The notes under the pieces are model-generated. The model worked only from the letters and a program-made list of their open reading frames with translations, was not told where the DNA came from and did not search any database. Shown here one piece after another: positions 61,876 to 62,000 of a stretch of 62,000 bases of DNA. The stretch is taken from positions 1,365,249-1,427,248 of the forward strand of contig MU058241.1 of NCBI GenBank assembly GCA_013265495.1, read 5' to 3'. A program made the position numbers and the translations under genes. How positions within the stretch are numbered: the first letter of the stretch is position 1; the number at the start of each line of letters is the position of its first letter. This DNA is from Vicugna vicugna (lineage: Eukaryota).

Positions 61876-62000
61876 TGTGAAGGTTAGATTTTATGCCAAC
61901 TTGGCTATATTATGGTACCTGGCTGGCTGGTCAAACATTAGCCTAGAGGTTGCTAAGAAGGATCTTTGAAGATGTGTTGACATCTACCATCAGTTGACTT
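61876..62000 (+). mobile_element. MLT2-type ERVL LTR 5' end (runs off the window)
   Basis: TGTGAAGGTTAGATTTTATG..CAACTTGGCTA..GGTCAAACA.TAG.CTAGA.GTTGCT..GAAGG..CATCAGTTGACTT matches the MLT2D start. Confidence 0.8.

Noticed and set aside
1..62000. Prokaryotic-type systems (CRISPR arrays, operons, defence islands)
   Set aside because: The sequence is repeat-rich mammalian DNA. There is no repeat-spacer array, and the 30-bp, 19-bp and 84-bp repeats are head-to-tail without unique spacers.

Overview
This is mammalian genomic DNA, not prokaryotic. It is almost certainly camelid (alpaca, camel or vicuna), because four copies of a tRNA-derived Vic-1-type SINE are present. I could not recognise any protein-coding gene, and the supplied ORFs look like chance ORFs or ORFs inside repeats. 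The window is intronic or intergenic and rich in retroelements. It holds about 16 solo LTRs (ERV1-like MER31/MER34/MER41 types, MER21, LTR33, MLT2 and one young CpG-rich LTR), a decayed ERVL gag-pol remnant, about 13 L1 3' fragments, L2/MIR/CR1 fossils, MER20/MER5/MER58 DNA transposon fossils, several tandem repeats and a 70-N assembly gap. The most noteworthy items are a dense class-B E-box (CLEAR/M-box) cluster, a minisatellite carrying ETS sites, an 84-bp hairpin duplication, a 19-bp repeat carrying splice donors and nuclear-receptor half-sites, candidate minus-strand exons of an unidentified (possibly non-coding) transcript, and an L1 twin-priming micro-inversion. Repeat family names come from my recall of consensus sequences, and many boundaries are approximate. 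I found no convincing novel biological system.
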